Source of the DNA: an uncultured Alphaproteobacteria bacterium
Lineage (GTDB): Bacteria; Pseudomonadota; Alphaproteobacteria; Bin95
Reading direction: 5' to 3'
Assembly (NCBI GenBank): GCA_963974445.1
Contig: CAXBDI010000004.1
Coordinates: 1,068-65,067, forward strand
Length of the DNA: 64,000 nucleotides
Both the position numbers and the translations under genes were made by a program. Position 1 is the first letter of the stretch; the number at the start of each line of letters is the position of its first letter. This document shows positions 38,711-48,513 of the stretch, one piece after another. The notes under the pieces are model-generated. The model was not told the DNA's origin and made no database searches. It was given only the letters and a program-made list of their open reading frames with translations.

Positions 38711-40669
38711 CTAGGCCGCAGCCTCCGCCGGCTGTTTCGCTGCCCGCGCGCGCCGCACCCGAACCTTGCCAGCAGCCGAGACCAAACCGCCAAGCGCCAT
38801 CAGCGTTGCACCGACCCAAATCCATGGCACCAGCGGGTTGTAATAGAGCCGGATCGCCCAGCCGGCGACCGCATCGCCCTCGCCCAGCACGGCGTAGAGG
38901 TCGCTGACCCAGGTCGTGTGGATCGCCGCCTCCGTCGTGTTTTGCTGCGCGACGGGATAGAAGCGCCGCTCTGGATAGAGGGTAGAAACAAGCTTGCCGG
39001 CATCATCTTTAACCGTGATCTCGCCACGCATCGCCTGATAGTTCGGCCCAACGGTATCGTAGACCCGGTCCAGCGTCCAGGAATAGCCGGCCAGTTGCAC
39101 CTGGTCGCCGGGCTTCATCAGTTTGACCGCCTCGCCCTGCCAGATGCTGGTCGCCGTGATGCCGGCTACCAGCACTGCGGCGGCGAAGTGGGCCATGGTC
39201 ATGCCATGCACCTCCATCGGCAGGCCGACGAGCCGCTGCAGAGCGCCCTTGCCCCACCACCGCTTCACCCAAGCGAAGATGGTCGCAGCCGCCAGCCAGC
39301 CCGCAATGGTCATACCGAACGCGCCGGCGATGCCGGATTCGCCGATCCACAGCGTGATGCCCAGCACCACTGCGGCGACGATCCCTGCCAGCCAAAGCTT
39401 TTTGACGGCCTCCACGGCCCTCGCCTGCCGCCAGGCGAACAGCGGCCCGAGCGCCATCATCGCCAGCATCGGCAACATCAATGGCACAAAGGTCGCGTTG
39501 AAGTAGGGTGGCCCGACCGAGACTTTATCGCCGGTCACCGCCTCCAGCACCAAGGGGTAGAGCGTGCCGAGCAGCACGGTCGCCGTCGCCGTCGCCAGCA
39601 GCAGATTGTTGATCAACAGCGCACCCTCGCGGCTGACCGGGGCAAAGCCGCTGCCGCCCTCCATACTGGGCGCACGGATCGCGAACAGCAGGAACGCGCC
39701 GCCAATGGCGATGCCCAGCAGGGCGAGGATAAACACGCCCCGCGCCGGATCGGTCGCAAACGCATGCACCGAGGTCAGCAGGCCGGACCGCACGATAAAC
39801 GTGCCGAGCAGGCTGAGCGAAAAGCCCAGGATGGCCAGCAGCAGTGTCCAGCTTTTGAATGAGTCCCGCTTCGCCACGACGCTGATGCAGTGGATCAGCG
39901 CCGTCGCCACCAGCCACGGCATGAAGGAGGCGTTCTCCACCGGGTCCCAGAACCAGAAGCCGCCCCAGCCAAGCTCGTAGTAGGCCCACCAGGAGCCGAG
40001 CGAGATGCCCATGGTCAGGCCGGCCCAGGCGATCAGCAGCCACGGTTTGGCCCAGCGCGCCCAGTCCGGCGTCACCTTCCCTTCGATAAGCGCCGCCACG
40101 GCGAACGAGAACGCGGTCGACATGCCGACATAGCCGAAATACAGCAGCGGCGGATGGAAGACCAAGCCGGGGTCCTGCAGCAGGGGGTTCAGCCCGTTGC
40201 CGTCGATTGGCAGGTCGATCAAGCGCGTGAACGGGTTGGAGGTCAGCAGCGTGAACAACAGAAAGCCGGCGGCGATCATGCCCTGCACCGCCAGCACCCG
40301 CGCCCGAAGCGTATCGGGCATGCCGCGGTTGAAGGTGGCGATGAACGCGCCGAACACCGCCAAGATCAGGATCCACAGCACCAGCGAGCCCTCGTGATGG
40401 CCCCAGGTGGCGGCCAGCTTGTAGAGGAAGGGTTTGGCGGAATGGGAATTGAGCGCAACCACCTGGACCGAGAAGTCCGACCGGGCGAACGCGTACATCA
40501 AGGCCAGGAACGCCAAGGCGACACAGATCAACTGCCCCCAGGCGGTGTGCCGGGCCAGGTTCATCAACTCCCGGTTGCCGCGATTGGCGGCCCAAAGCGG
40601 TACGGTTGCCTGTAGCGTCGCCAGGATCAGCGCGACAATCAGGGCAAAGTGGCCGGTCTCTACCGTCAT
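38711..40669 (-). CDS. ccmF: Cytochrome c heme lyase subunit CcmF.
   Basis: 652 aa polytopic protein with WGGFWFWDPVEN (WWD domain) and conserved His residues. Confidence 0.9.
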   Translation of the reverse strand: MTVETGHFALIVALILATLQATVPLWAANRGNRELMNLARHTAWGQLICVALAFLALMYAFARSDFSVQVVALNSHSAKPFLYKLAATWGHHEGSLVLWILILAVFGAFIATFNRGMPDTLRARVLAVQGMIAAGFLLFTLLTSNPFTRLIDLPIDGNGLNPLLQDPGLVFHPPLLYFGYVGMSTAFSFAVAALIEGKVTPDWARWAKPWLLIAWAGLTMGISLGSWWAYYELGWGGFWFWDPVENASFMPWLVATALIHCISVVAKRDSFKSWTLLLAILGFSLSLLGTFIVRSGLLTSVHAFATDPARGVFILALLGIAIGGAFLLFAIRAPSMEGGSGFAPVSREGALLINNLLLATATATVLLGTLYPLVLEAVTGDKVSVGPPYFNATFVPLMLPMLAMMALGPLFAWRQARAVEAVKKLWLAGIVAAVVLGITLWIGESGIAGAFGMTIAGWLAAATIFAWVKRWWGKGALQRLVGLPMEVHGMTMAHFAAAVLVAGITATSIWQGEAVKLMKPGDQVQLAGYSWTLDRVYDTVGPNYQAMRGEITVKDDAGKLVSTLYPERRFYPVAQQNTTEAAIHTTWVSDLYAVLGEGDAVAGWAIRLYYNPLVPWIWVGATLMALGGLVSAAGKVRVRRARAAKQPAEAAA

Positions 40670-40688
40670 GGCGTCTTCACCTTATTGC

Positions 40689-41126
40689 TCATTTTTCGTC
40701 GGGCTTCCATTGGCCGGAAGCTTTCAGCGCATCCGCCACCTCCGGCGGCATGTAGTTTTCGTCGTGCTTGGCCAGCACTTCTTCGGCTTGGAAGCTGCCG
40801 TCCGCCGCCAGCCGCCCGAAGGTGACGATCCCCTGCCCTTCGCCGAACAGGTCGGGCAGGCTGCCGCTAAAGGCGACCTTCACCGTGCGGGCACCGTCAG
40901 TCAGCTTGAACTCCACGTCAAGCCCATCCTTGATGACGGACCCCTCCTCAACCAAGCCCCCGATGCGGATGGCCTGGCCGGGGACGACTTTCTTCTCCAC
41001 CAGGTCGGTCGGGCTATAGAAGAAGACCAGATTGTCCTCGAATGCATTGGCCACCAGCGCCGCGGCGGAACCAAGCGCCAGCAGCGCCAGAACGACGACA
41101 TAGAGGCGGCGATGTTTCGGTTTCAT
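40689..41126 (-). CDS. ccmE: Cytochrome c-type biogenesis heme chaperone CcmE.
   Basis: 145 aa with an N-terminal anchor and the heme-binding His region (…VLAKHDENYMPPEV…). Confidence 0.85.
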   Translation of the reverse strand: MKPKHRRLYVVVLALLALGSAAALVANAFEDNLVFFYSPTDLVEKKVVPGQAIRIGGLVEEGSVIKDGLDVEFKLTDGARTVKVAFSGSLPDLFGEGQGIVTFGRLAADGSFQAEEVLAKHDENYMPPEVADALKASGQWKPDEK

Positions 41127-41139
41127 AGCTGCCTCACTC

Positions 41140-41322
41140 TCAAGTTCGTTCCACTTTCGGCGCGCGCCGACGTTCGCGGCGGCCGAGTGCCGCCTCTGCC
41201 TGCTCCGCCCTGTTCAGTCCGCGCCACGACCAGATGAACAGCCCCAGAATCACGGTGCCGGCGATGCCGTAGGCCGGCCAGATATAGGCGGCGTACCCGC
41301 CCATGTCGAAGAATTCGGCCAT
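41140..41322 (-). CDS. ccmD: Heme exporter protein CcmD.
   Basis: 60 aa with a single TM helix (YIWPAYGIAGTVILGLFIWSW), positioned between ccmC and ccmE. Confidence 0.7.
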   Translation of the reverse strand: MAEFFDMGGYAAYIWPAYGIAGTVILGLFIWSWRGLNRAEQAEAALGRRERRRAPKVERT

Positions 41323-41343
41323 ACTCTCGCCCTCCTTGCGCCG

Positions 41344-42132
41344 TTATGCCGGGTCGCCGGCGCGGGACCGCGCCAACTGCAACGCCAGCACCCGCCGCTG
41401 CGCCAGCTCCACCCGCATCCGCAACAGAAGAAGCATGATAAATAACCCCAAATAGGCCACACCCATCAGTAACAATGGCGTCAACATCGCGGGATCGATG
41501 GCCGGCGTGCCGATACGGCTGATGCTGGCCGGCTGGTGCAGCGTGTTCCACCAGTCGACCGAGAACTTGATGATCGGCAAATTGACGATGCCGACCAGCG
41601 CCAGGATCGCCGCGGCCCGTGCCGCGCGCTGTGGCTGCTCGAACGCATTCCAGAGCGCCATATAGCCCAGATACAAGAACAGCAGCACGACAACCGAGGT
41701 CAGGCGCGCATCCCACACCCACCAAGTGCCCCAGGTCGGCTTGCCCCAAAGCGAGCCGGTCGCCAGCGCGATCACCGTGAAGCCGGCGCCGATGGGCGCC
41801 GCGGCCTTGCCCGCCAAATCGGCCAGCGGGTGCCGCCAGATCAGCGCGATGGCGCTGGCCAGAGCCAGGGTGGAGTAGCCGAACATCGCCATCCACGCCG
41901 CCGGCACGTGCACATACATGATGCGCACGGTATCCTTCTGCTGATAGTCGATGGGCGAGGCGATCAGCGCGAAATAAAGCCCCGCCGCCAGGCACGGCAG
42001 CGTGATCGCCAGCACCCAGGGCTGGATCGCCCGCGACAGGCGCAAGAATCGGTTCGGGTTGGCGAAGCGGTGCCAGGACGACCCCTGCGCCCGGCTCCCT
42101 GCCTCTTTGTTCGAAGGGGTCGAAGCTGTCAC
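41344..42132 (-). CDS. ccmC: Heme exporter protein CcmC.
   Basis: WGTWWVWDARL (WWD motif), 6 TMS. Confidence 0.9.
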   Translation of the reverse strand: MTASTPSNKEAGSRAQGSSWHRFANPNRFLRLSRAIQPWVLAITLPCLAAGLYFALIASPIDYQQKDTVRIMYVHVPAAWMAMFGYSTLALASAIALIWRHPLADLAGKAAAPIGAGFTVIALATGSLWGKPTWGTWWVWDARLTSVVVLLFLYLGYMALWNAFEQPQRAARAAAILALVGIVNLPIIKFSVDWWNTLHQPASISRIGTPAIDPAMLTPLLLMGVAYLGLFIMLLLLRMRVELAQRRVLALQLARSRAGDPA

Positions 42133-42153
42133 CGATGCACCTTGTTCCCGAGA

Positions 42154-42819
42154 CTACTCGCCGATCTGCCGCAAGGCCGCCGCAGCCGCCCAGGGGGTCA
42201 GCACCAGCGAAACCAACATGATTGCCCCTAAGATGGAGATATGGCTGCTAAAAGCCAGTCCCGTTTCCGCCGCAGTGACCGTTCCGGACATGAAAATCAG
42301 CACAGGGATATAGAGCGGCAAAACCAGCAGAGCCAACAACACGCCGCCGCGGCGCGCGCCAATGGTCAGCGAGGCCCCCACCGCCCCGACCAGGCTGAGC
42401 GTCGGCGTGCCCAACGCAAGCGCCGCCAGCAGGCCAGCGATGGCCGGCCAACTCATTTGCAACAGCACGCCCAGCAACGGCGCGGCCAGCAGCATCGGAC
42501 CGCCGGTCACCAGCCAATGCGCCAGCGCCTTGCCCAACACAATACTCCACAGCGGCGCCGGACTGGTCAGCAGCAGGTCGAGCGTGCCGTCCTCATGGTC
42601 CTGCTGAAACAGCCGGTCGAGCGCCAGCAGGGTTGCGAGCAAGGCCATCACCGCCAGCAGGCCGCCGCCGATCCGGCCCAGCATGCCCGGCTCCGGCCCC
42701 AAGCCCAACGGAAACAACAGAATACCGAGCGCGAAGAACTGAACTGCCAGCAGGGCGCCGCCGCTTTCCGCCCGGGCCAGCATCATGTCGCGGTGCAGGA
42801 TGGCCCAAAACCCGCTCAC
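42154..42819 (-). CDS. ccmB: Heme exporter protein CcmB.
   Basis: 221 aa, 6 TMS, with the FxxDxxDGSL-like region (…FQQDHEDGTLDLLL…). Confidence 0.85.
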   Translation of the reverse strand: MSGFWAILHRDMMLARAESGGALLAVQFFALGILLFPLGLGPEPGMLGRIGGGLLAVMALLATLLALDRLFQQDHEDGTLDLLLTSPAPLWSIVLGKALAHWLVTGGPMLLAAPLLGVLLQMSWPAIAGLLAALALGTPTLSLVGAVGASLTIGARRGGVLLALLVLPLYIPVLIFMSGTVTAAETGLAFSSHISILGAIMLVSLVLTPWAAAAALRQIGE

Positions 42820-43442
42820 TCCGCAGGCCCCAACCGCAGGCGGAAAGTCGGCTCAAGGCCCAGATCCTGATGCGTGGCGATGATCGCCATGCCGCCGGCC
42901 TCGCGGTGCGCCGCCACCGCCGCCCCGAACGCCGCAGCGGAACCAGCGTCGAGCGCAGTGGTCGGCTCGTCCAGCAGCCAGAGCGGCGCCGGAATCGCCA
43001 CGAGACGCGCCAACGCCAGCCGCCGCTGCTGACCGGCCGACAGCACCCGCGCCGGTAAATCGACCAGATCTTCGATCCCGAAGGTGCGGCAGGCCGCATT
43101 CAAGGCCGTCGCATCCCGGACACCGGCCAGCCGCTGCCAGAACGCCAGATTCTGCGCACCGGTCATCGCGCCCTTCACGGAGTTTTGATGGCCCAGATAG
43201 TGGAATGCGGCCCTGCCTTCAGGGGGTGCGGGCTGCCATGCAACCGAGCCTTCAACCGCCGGTAGCAGCCCAGCCAGTATCCGCAGCAGCGTGGTCTTGC
43301 CGGTGCCGTTGGGGCCGGTTACCACCAGCGCCTCGCCGGGCGCCACCGTCAGGTCCAGCCCCTCGAACAACCAGCGCTCGCCGCGAGCGCCGGCAAGCCC
43401 GTGTGCGGAAAAGGAATAGGAAAAGCTGTGTGCTACCGCCAT
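42816..43442 (-). CDS. ccmA: Heme exporter ATP-binding protein CcmA.
   Basis: Walker A GPNGTGKTTLL, signature LSAGQQRRLALARL and Walker B LWLLDEPT. Confidence 0.85.
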   Translation of the reverse strand: MAVAHSFSYSFSAHGLAGARGERWLFEGLDLTVAPGEALVVTGPNGTGKTTLLRILAGLLPAVEGSVAWQPAPPEGRAAFHYLGHQNSVKGAMTGAQNLAFWQRLAGVRDATALNAACRTFGIEDLVDLPARVLSAGQQRRLALARLVAIPAPLWLLDEPTTALDAGSAAAFGAAVAAHREAGGMAIIATHQDLGLEPTFRLRLGPAE

Positions 43443-43617
43443 GGCGTGTCTTAAGCACGGCGCGGCCGCCTTGCCCAGCCACTCTGACGGCGCACCTGCC
43501 GAAAAAATCGGCCAGCGGGAAAAGACACGCTGGCCAAGTAGGGAGGGCAGAACATGGAAGTCTGTCGCGAACGGCGGCGCAGGATTGAATCCTCCACCGC
43601 CTATCCCAATCTAGCCC

Positions 43618-43695
43618 GGGCAAAGGGGCAAAAATACGGCGCAGGGCTCTCACACATTTATCACGATTTGTTTGCCTAACATTTGCCCCTTGCCA
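43618..43695. promoter_or_regulatory. Inverted repeat gggcaaaggggcaaa … tttgccccttgcc in the divergent ccmA / 43765-ORF intergenic region.
   Basis: The 13-14-bp arms are exact reverse complements, spaced about 48 bp apart within a 320-bp intergenic region. Confidence 0.35.
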
Positions 43696-43764
43696 TTGTA
43701 CAAAGAAGCTCCGATCCCAACTTAAACTCCAAGTGCAGGGTCGGAACAAACTGGAGACCCGGCG

Positions 43765-44301
43765 ATGATGAGGGCCAACTGGAAATCTACGCTGCTCGGC
43801 AGTATCGCCGTACTTGCAGTCGCCGTCGTGGGGGTGGAGGCTGCCGTATCGACGAAGAGCGACCCGCTGCTGTCAACTGCTAAGATGGGGCCGTACGCCG
43901 AACGCGCCTCAGAACTGTGGGAGGCTGCTGCGGTGTATGTACAGGATCCTGTGCGCGAGGAGACACTGCGCGATAGCGGCGCTATGGGCAAATGGTTCGA
44001 CGACTATTCCGGGCTCGCCGCAGTCGGCAGCGAATTCGGTACGCTGGTTGTGACCCGCGATTTCGGGTCGAGCGAGGACGCCGATCTCAGCACCCTGCGC
44101 GCCAATGCTGCCGGCAAGATCCAATCGGTGACCGTCGGCTTCAAATCGATCGGCGAGGACCAGTGGTTCTGGGCGCGGTTCGACGCGGAAGGCAATGTCG
44201 AGCACGATCTGAACGGCCGCCTGTTCGCTGGCCATTTCCACGCATCGGCCGACGCGCAGTGCGTTGCTGAGGCTTGGAGTGCGATGGAGGCAGCCAGTTA
44301 G
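43765..44301 (+). CDS. Hypothetical secreted protein (178 aa).
   Basis: Clear signal peptide (MMRANWKSTLLGSIAVLAVAVVGVEAAVS). No assignable domain. Confidence 0.5.
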   Translation: MMRANWKSTLLGSIAVLAVAVVGVEAAVSTKSDPLLSTAKMGPYAERASELWEAAAVYVQDPVREETLRDSGAMGKWFDDYSGLAAVGSEFGTLVVTRDFGSSEDADLSTLRANAAGKIQSVTVGFKSIGEDQWFWARFDAEGNVEHDLNGRLFAGHFHASADAQCVAEAWSAMEAAS

Positions 44302-44607
44302 CGACAGCGCACGTATTATGAGAGATCGGACGGTTCCCCCCAGCCGTCCGTAGGCCGGGTCGGCCCCCATGCCCTGCACTCACTCGGGGCTGACCCGGCC
44401 ACCTTTTCTCTCCAAGATTATGAAAACAGAACGGCTTTGGCCATGGCGGATTTACCCTCCCGGCATGGCGAGGCTGCTTCTACGCGGCAAAACAATGGCC
44501 GCCGCGAATCGACGCGACGCACTCCTGCGGTTCCCGGCACAACTTGTCCGGCCGGCGAATTCGGTAAACAATCTCTCCCGTCCTTACCCTGACAGGAGTT
44601 CGCGTTC

Positions 44608-46053
44608 ATGGCCGAGACCGCCAAGACCACCGTCATTCGCAACGCCGCCTGGGCCGTCGTTTGGGATGGCGAGCGGCACGCCTATGCGCGCGACGTCGAT
44701 GTCGCGTTTACTGGCGGTGCGGTCAGCCATGTTGGCAAGAATTATCAGGGAGCGGCGGATACGGAGATCGATGGCCGCGACCGCCTGGTCCTCCCTGGCA
44801 TGATCAACATCCACACCCACCCGACCAGCGAGCCGCTGCGCAAGGGCATCACCGATGAGACGCTGAGCCCCGGCTTCTGGCACTCCTCGCTGTACGAGTA
44901 TCTGACGATCTTCGGCAACGATCAGGCCGGCAGCATCGCGGCGATGCGGGTCGCACTGGCGGAGTTGCTGCTATCCGGCGTCACCACCGTCGTCGACCTC
45001 TCCATCGCCTTCGATGGCTGGCTCGATGTGATGGGCGGGGCCGGCATCCGCGCTGTCGCCGCACCGATGTTCCGCGACGCCCGCTGGTATACGGAAGACG
45101 GCCACGAGTTGAAATACGACTGGGACACCAAGGCCGGCCGCCAGAACTTCGACGCAGCGCTGCGCCTCATCGACCTGGCGAAGCAGCACCCGAGCGGCCG
45201 CCTCTCCGGCATGGTCGCGCCGGCGCAGATCGACACCTGCACGCCGGAACTGCTGCGCGACGCCCACGACGCGGCGGAGGAGCGCAACCTGCCGTTCCAG
45301 ATCCATGCCGCCCAAAGCGTCACCGAGTTCCACGAGATGAACCGCCGCCACGGCCTGACGCCGATCCAGTGGATGGACGAGATCGGCATCCTCACCGACC
45401 GCTCGATCATCGGCCACGGCATCTTCCTCGACCATCACCCTTGGCTACACTGGACGACAAGGCGCGATCTGGGACTGCTGGCCGACAACGGCGCGACCGT
45501 CGCCCATTGCCCGACGGTGTTCCTGCGCCGCGGCATCGCTTTGAATACGTTTGGAGAGTACGCCCGGCGCGGCGTCAATCTGGGCATCGGCACCGATACC
45601 TACCCGCACAACTATCTGGATGAGTTGCGCACGACGCTCTACACCGCGAGGGCCGTCGCTGGCTCCGTCGCCGACCTGACCACCGGCAACGTGTTCGACG
45701 CCGCCACCATCGGCGGCGCCCGCGCCATCCGACGCGACGACATCGGCCGCCTCAACGTCGGGGCGAGGGCCGACATCGTGCTGGTCGACCTGAAGCACCC
45801 GGCGATGATGCCGATGCGCGAGCCGCTGCGCTCGCTGATCTACGTCGCGGGCGACCGCGCCGTGCAGGACGTCTTCGTCGATGGCGAGCAGGTGGTGTGC
45901 GCCGGCAAAGTCCTCACCATCGACCTGGCCGCAGAGAGCCAGGCGCTGGAGGAAGCACAGGCGCGCTCCATGGCGAGTGTGGCGCAGAAGGATTGGGCGG
46001 GACGCGATACGGACGAGTTGGCGCCGATGGTGCTGCCGATGGTGGGGGAGTGA
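44608..46053 (+). CDS. Amidohydrolase-superfamily protein (chlorohydrolase/aminohydrolase group: cytosine/guanine-deaminase, MtaD, SsnA, AtzA-like).
   Basis: Metal-binding HxH (…INIHTHPTS…), then …HAAQS…, …GHGIFL… and …GIGTDT… motifs in the expected order. Substrate is unknown. Confidence 0.7.
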   Translation: MAETAKTTVIRNAAWAVVWDGERHAYARDVDVAFTGGAVSHVGKNYQGAADTEIDGRDRLVLPGMINIHTHPTSEPLRKGITDETLSPGFWHSSLYEYLTIFGNDQAGSIAAMRVALAELLLSGVTTVVDLSIAFDGWLDVMGGAGIRAVAAPMFRDARWYTEDGHELKYDWDTKAGRQNFDAALRLIDLAKQHPSGRLSGMVAPAQIDTCTPELLRDAHDAAEERNLPFQIHAAQSVTEFHEMNRRHGLTPIQWMDEIGILTDRSIIGHGIFLDHHPWLHWTTRRDLGLLADNGATVAHCPTVFLRRGIALNTFGEYARRGVNLGIGTDTYPHNYLDELRTTLYTARAVAGSVADLTTGNVFDAATIGGARAIRRDDIGRLNVGARADIVLVDLKHPAMMPMREPLRSLIYVAGDRAVQDVFVDGEQVVCAGKVLTIDLAAESQALEEAQARSMASVAQKDWAGRDTDELAPMVLPMVGE

Positions 46054-46145
46054 AGGTTAGGGAAATAAAGGGTCAATTCTGGCCTAAATACTGGAGTGAC
46101 CCCATAGGAGTGGACACATTGCGCGACGCTTGTCCGGGAGGCGCC

Positions 46146-47429
46146 TCAGGCGGCCTTCAATCCCTTCACAGGCGGGTTGGCCGCCTGCACCGGACGACGT
46201 GACACGAGCAGCCGCCGCGCCTCATCGCTCCGCCCGAGTTTCAATAGGACCGCGAGCATCGTGTGATCCAGGAGGTCCCGTTGGGCGCGGCTGCCGCCAA
46301 TGCGAGCGTGGTCGGATATGCCAGCGGCAAGGTGATCTGCGGCTCCCTCCCAATCCTGGTTCGCAATCGCCTGATAGGCCGTCGCCAACTCTTTGACGAC
46401 GTCCGCCGCGGGTCCCGCAGGATTGGCGACGATCGCGGCCAGCGCTTCGCTCTCGCCGGTCATTGCATAGGCAAGCGCCGCGTGGACGTCGGCGAACGCA
46501 ACTCCGGGGTTCGGAAAATGCTGATGCGCATATTCGCTGATCGCCCGCCAGCGCTCGGGCGGGACCGAAACCCCAGCCAGCTCCGCACGATACAAGATGG
46601 CGGCGTTGTCGGTCATAACGATCAGCGGGAAACTGAGAGAAGCATCCGGGGCGACGAACCGATCGACTAGGGACCACATTCCGGCGTGGTCTCCATTTCC
46701 CAATTTCCATAGCGCAAAATGCCATGAGAGATGGCCGTGCATGATGCCAGCGGGATCGTACCCAGGCAGCCAATTTTGCATGTAGTCCATGCCAGCTTCT
46801 GCTTCGCCGGCCTCGTAGTAGACATGCGCGCGAACATGCGCTCCGTGCGCATTTCGGGGGTTGACGGCCAACGATTGCTCTATCAGATCATCTGCCCGAT
46901 CCAGCTGACCCGTCTCGCAGAACGAGAAGGCGTGCTGGCTGACAAACCACCAATCATCGCCATAATGCGGCTGGAGCGTCGTCGTATAGGCGAGCAGTTC
47001 CGCCTCCCGGCCGGGCCGGCCCGAAAACCCGATTAGCCCAAACACGCTGGTGCAGGTCTGCGCGACGAGAACGTCTCGTGGGTGCTCGGCGACGTGGCTG
47101 CGGATAGCCGAATAAGCCTCGGCGCCCCTGCCTTCAATCAGGAGGGTCAGGGCGTTGACGTGCGCGGCGTCTTTGGCATTCAGCCCGTCGGCCAAGGCCC
47201 GCGCCGCTGCCATCGCCTCGCGCGCCCCCGCGATATCGCCCTTAATCTGGCGGGTGCGCGCCAGACCGCTGTGCCCTAAAGCAAAGCCTGGGTCTGAGAT
47301 GGTGACAGCTTCGAAGGCTTCTTGCATGTCTGGCGCCGCACCCAGCAGCTTATCAATCGCCTCAATATAAAGGTCACGCGTCGCCGCGGACGATGTCGAT
47401 AGTTGGTTGCCATATCGATCAGCCAGCAC
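46146..47429 (-). CDS. Tetratricopeptide-repeat protein (427 aa).
   Basis: Helical-repeat composition throughout. No catalytic motifs. It directly abuts the IS region. Confidence 0.55.
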   Translation of the reverse strand: MLADRYGNQLSTSSAATRDLYIEAIDKLLGAAPDMQEAFEAVTISDPGFALGHSGLARTRQIKGDIAGAREAMAAARALADGLNAKDAAHVNALTLLIEGRGAEAYSAIRSHVAEHPRDVLVAQTCTSVFGLIGFSGRPGREAELLAYTTTLQPHYGDDWWFVSQHAFSFCETGQLDRADDLIEQSLAVNPRNAHGAHVRAHVYYEAGEAEAGMDYMQNWLPGYDPAGIMHGHLSWHFALWKLGNGDHAGMWSLVDRFVAPDASLSFPLIVMTDNAAILYRAELAGVSVPPERWRAISEYAHQHFPNPGVAFADVHAALAYAMTGESEALAAIVANPAGPAADVVKELATAYQAIANQDWEGAADHLAAGISDHARIGGSRAQRDLLDHTMLAVLLKLGRSDEARRLLVSRRPVQAANPPVKGLKAA

Positions 47430-47481
47430 GGCGCACCCCTTTAGCTAGATTGTCATTTAACTCTACAGATCAGCATACCAC

Positions 47482-47664
47482 TCATCCGGAAAGCGTCGAG
47501 GGCGGTTTTGACGACGTCCGAGACGTCTTTGCCGGGCGCTGCAGCGTCAGCACCAACTCCACCAGCTCATCCTTGCTGAGCTTCGTATCCGTCCGGTCTG
47601 GGCGCTCTTGCATGATGGCTGCTGATGTCGATCCTTCAGACCCGTAGTGGGCGCTAGTGTCCAT
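47482..47664 (-). pseudogene. Transposase N-terminal remnant (leucine-zipper / …KDELVELVL.LQRPAKTSRTSSKPPS motif), copy 1.
   Basis: 60-aa ORF. Its motif is near-identical to the N-terminus of the artefactual 493-aa ORF at 52907. The N-terminal motif fits IS66-family TnpC-type transposases, but family assignment is tentative. Confidence 0.5.
47498..47583. repeat. 86-bp direct repeat, copy A. Partner is 52801-52886, with 3 mismatches.
   Basis: gagggcggttt(t/c)gacgacgtccgagacgtctttgccgggcgctgcagc(g/t)tcagcaccaactccacca(g/a)ctcatccttgctgagctt. Confidence 0.85.
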
Positions 47665-47693
47665 TAACGGAAGTGGACACTTAGGCGACCCTT

Positions 47694-48053
47694 ATGGCGA
47701 GGCGAAAGCAACGAGTCCGGCGGTTCTGGCCTGACGAAGAGAAGCGCCGGATCGTGGCACAAGCGCTGGCTTCGGGGGTATCGGTGGCCCAGGTTGCCCG
47801 GCGCTATGACCTCAATGCCAACCAGGTCTTCAACTGGCTGCACGATCCACGCTACCAGCCAGACGACGACGTTCTAGCCGAGACACAGTTCCTGCCTGTC
47901 GAGATTGTCGGGGAACCACGAGCCGAGCGTCAGCTTGAGCCGCCTGCCGCAGGGTATATCGAAGTCGCGCTGGCGAACGGACGCAGCATCCGGCTGATCG
48001 GCGATGTCGATCCGGATGCGGTCGCGCGATTGGTCCGGAGTCTGGAGACATGA
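47694..48053 (+). mobile_element. IS66-family accessory protein TnpA (orfA).
   Basis: 119 aa (…WPDEEKRRIVAQALASGVSVAQVARRYDLNANQVFNWL…). It has a 4-bp ATGA-type overlap with the next ORF, as in IS66 tnpA-tnpB. Confidence 0.8.
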
Positions 48054-48349
48054 TCCCGGTTCCGGCATCAACAAAGGTCTGGCTGGCGGGTGGCATCACC
48101 GACATGGGCAAGGGCTTTGCCGGATTGGCTGCGTCGGCGGAGGCAATCCTGAACACCGATCCCTACAACGGGCATCTGTTCGTGTTCCGCAGCCGCCGCG
48201 GTGATCTCATCGAGGTTATCTGGTGGGACGGCCAGGGCGCTTGCCTGTTCTCGAAGCGTTTGGAGAAGGGGCGCTTTGTCTGGCCGTCCGTCGCCGACGG
48301 CAAGGTTCACGTCACTGCAGCCCAACTTTCCGTGCTGCTCGAAGGCTGA
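48050..48349 (+). mobile_element. IS66-family TnpB (orfB).
   Basis: 99 aa ([67 protein letters not shown]…), the classic IS66 OrfB. Confidence 0.8.
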
Positions 48350-48513
48350 GGAGGGTCAGACAACGATCCGGGGGATCGTTTTTTCGACGAAGGACTGGCG
48401 AATGCCGCTACGAACCTGGCGGCCGTTGGTGGCAGGTTAAAACTCCCGGATTTTTGCCGTTTTCCGGTCGTTTTGGGATTCCCTGGCCGTGTTGATTTTG
48501 CTAGCATTTCCAT

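Noticed and set aside
37716-38825. 369-aa ORF spanning the ccmG coding region in another frame.
   Set aside because: Only the last 151 codons (GTG at 38171, signal peptide plus LRCPKCQ motif) correspond to CcmH. The upstream part overlaps ccmG, which has a thioredoxin WCGAC motif in its own frame.
44302-44607. 306-bp structured leader upstream of the amidohydrolase, considered as a riboswitch.
   Set aside because: I could not recognise any known riboswitch consensus by eye. It is left as a low-priority check under the finding for 43765-47429.
46081-47670. Possible inverted repeats containing 'agtggacac' at 46100 and 47660 flanking the TPR gene, suggesting the TPR gene is inside a mobile element.
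   Set aside because: The match is only 9-12 bp with mismatches. The 47641-47670 sequence is better explained as a local hairpin at the IS66 left end. It could be checked by alignment to IS66 terminal repeats.
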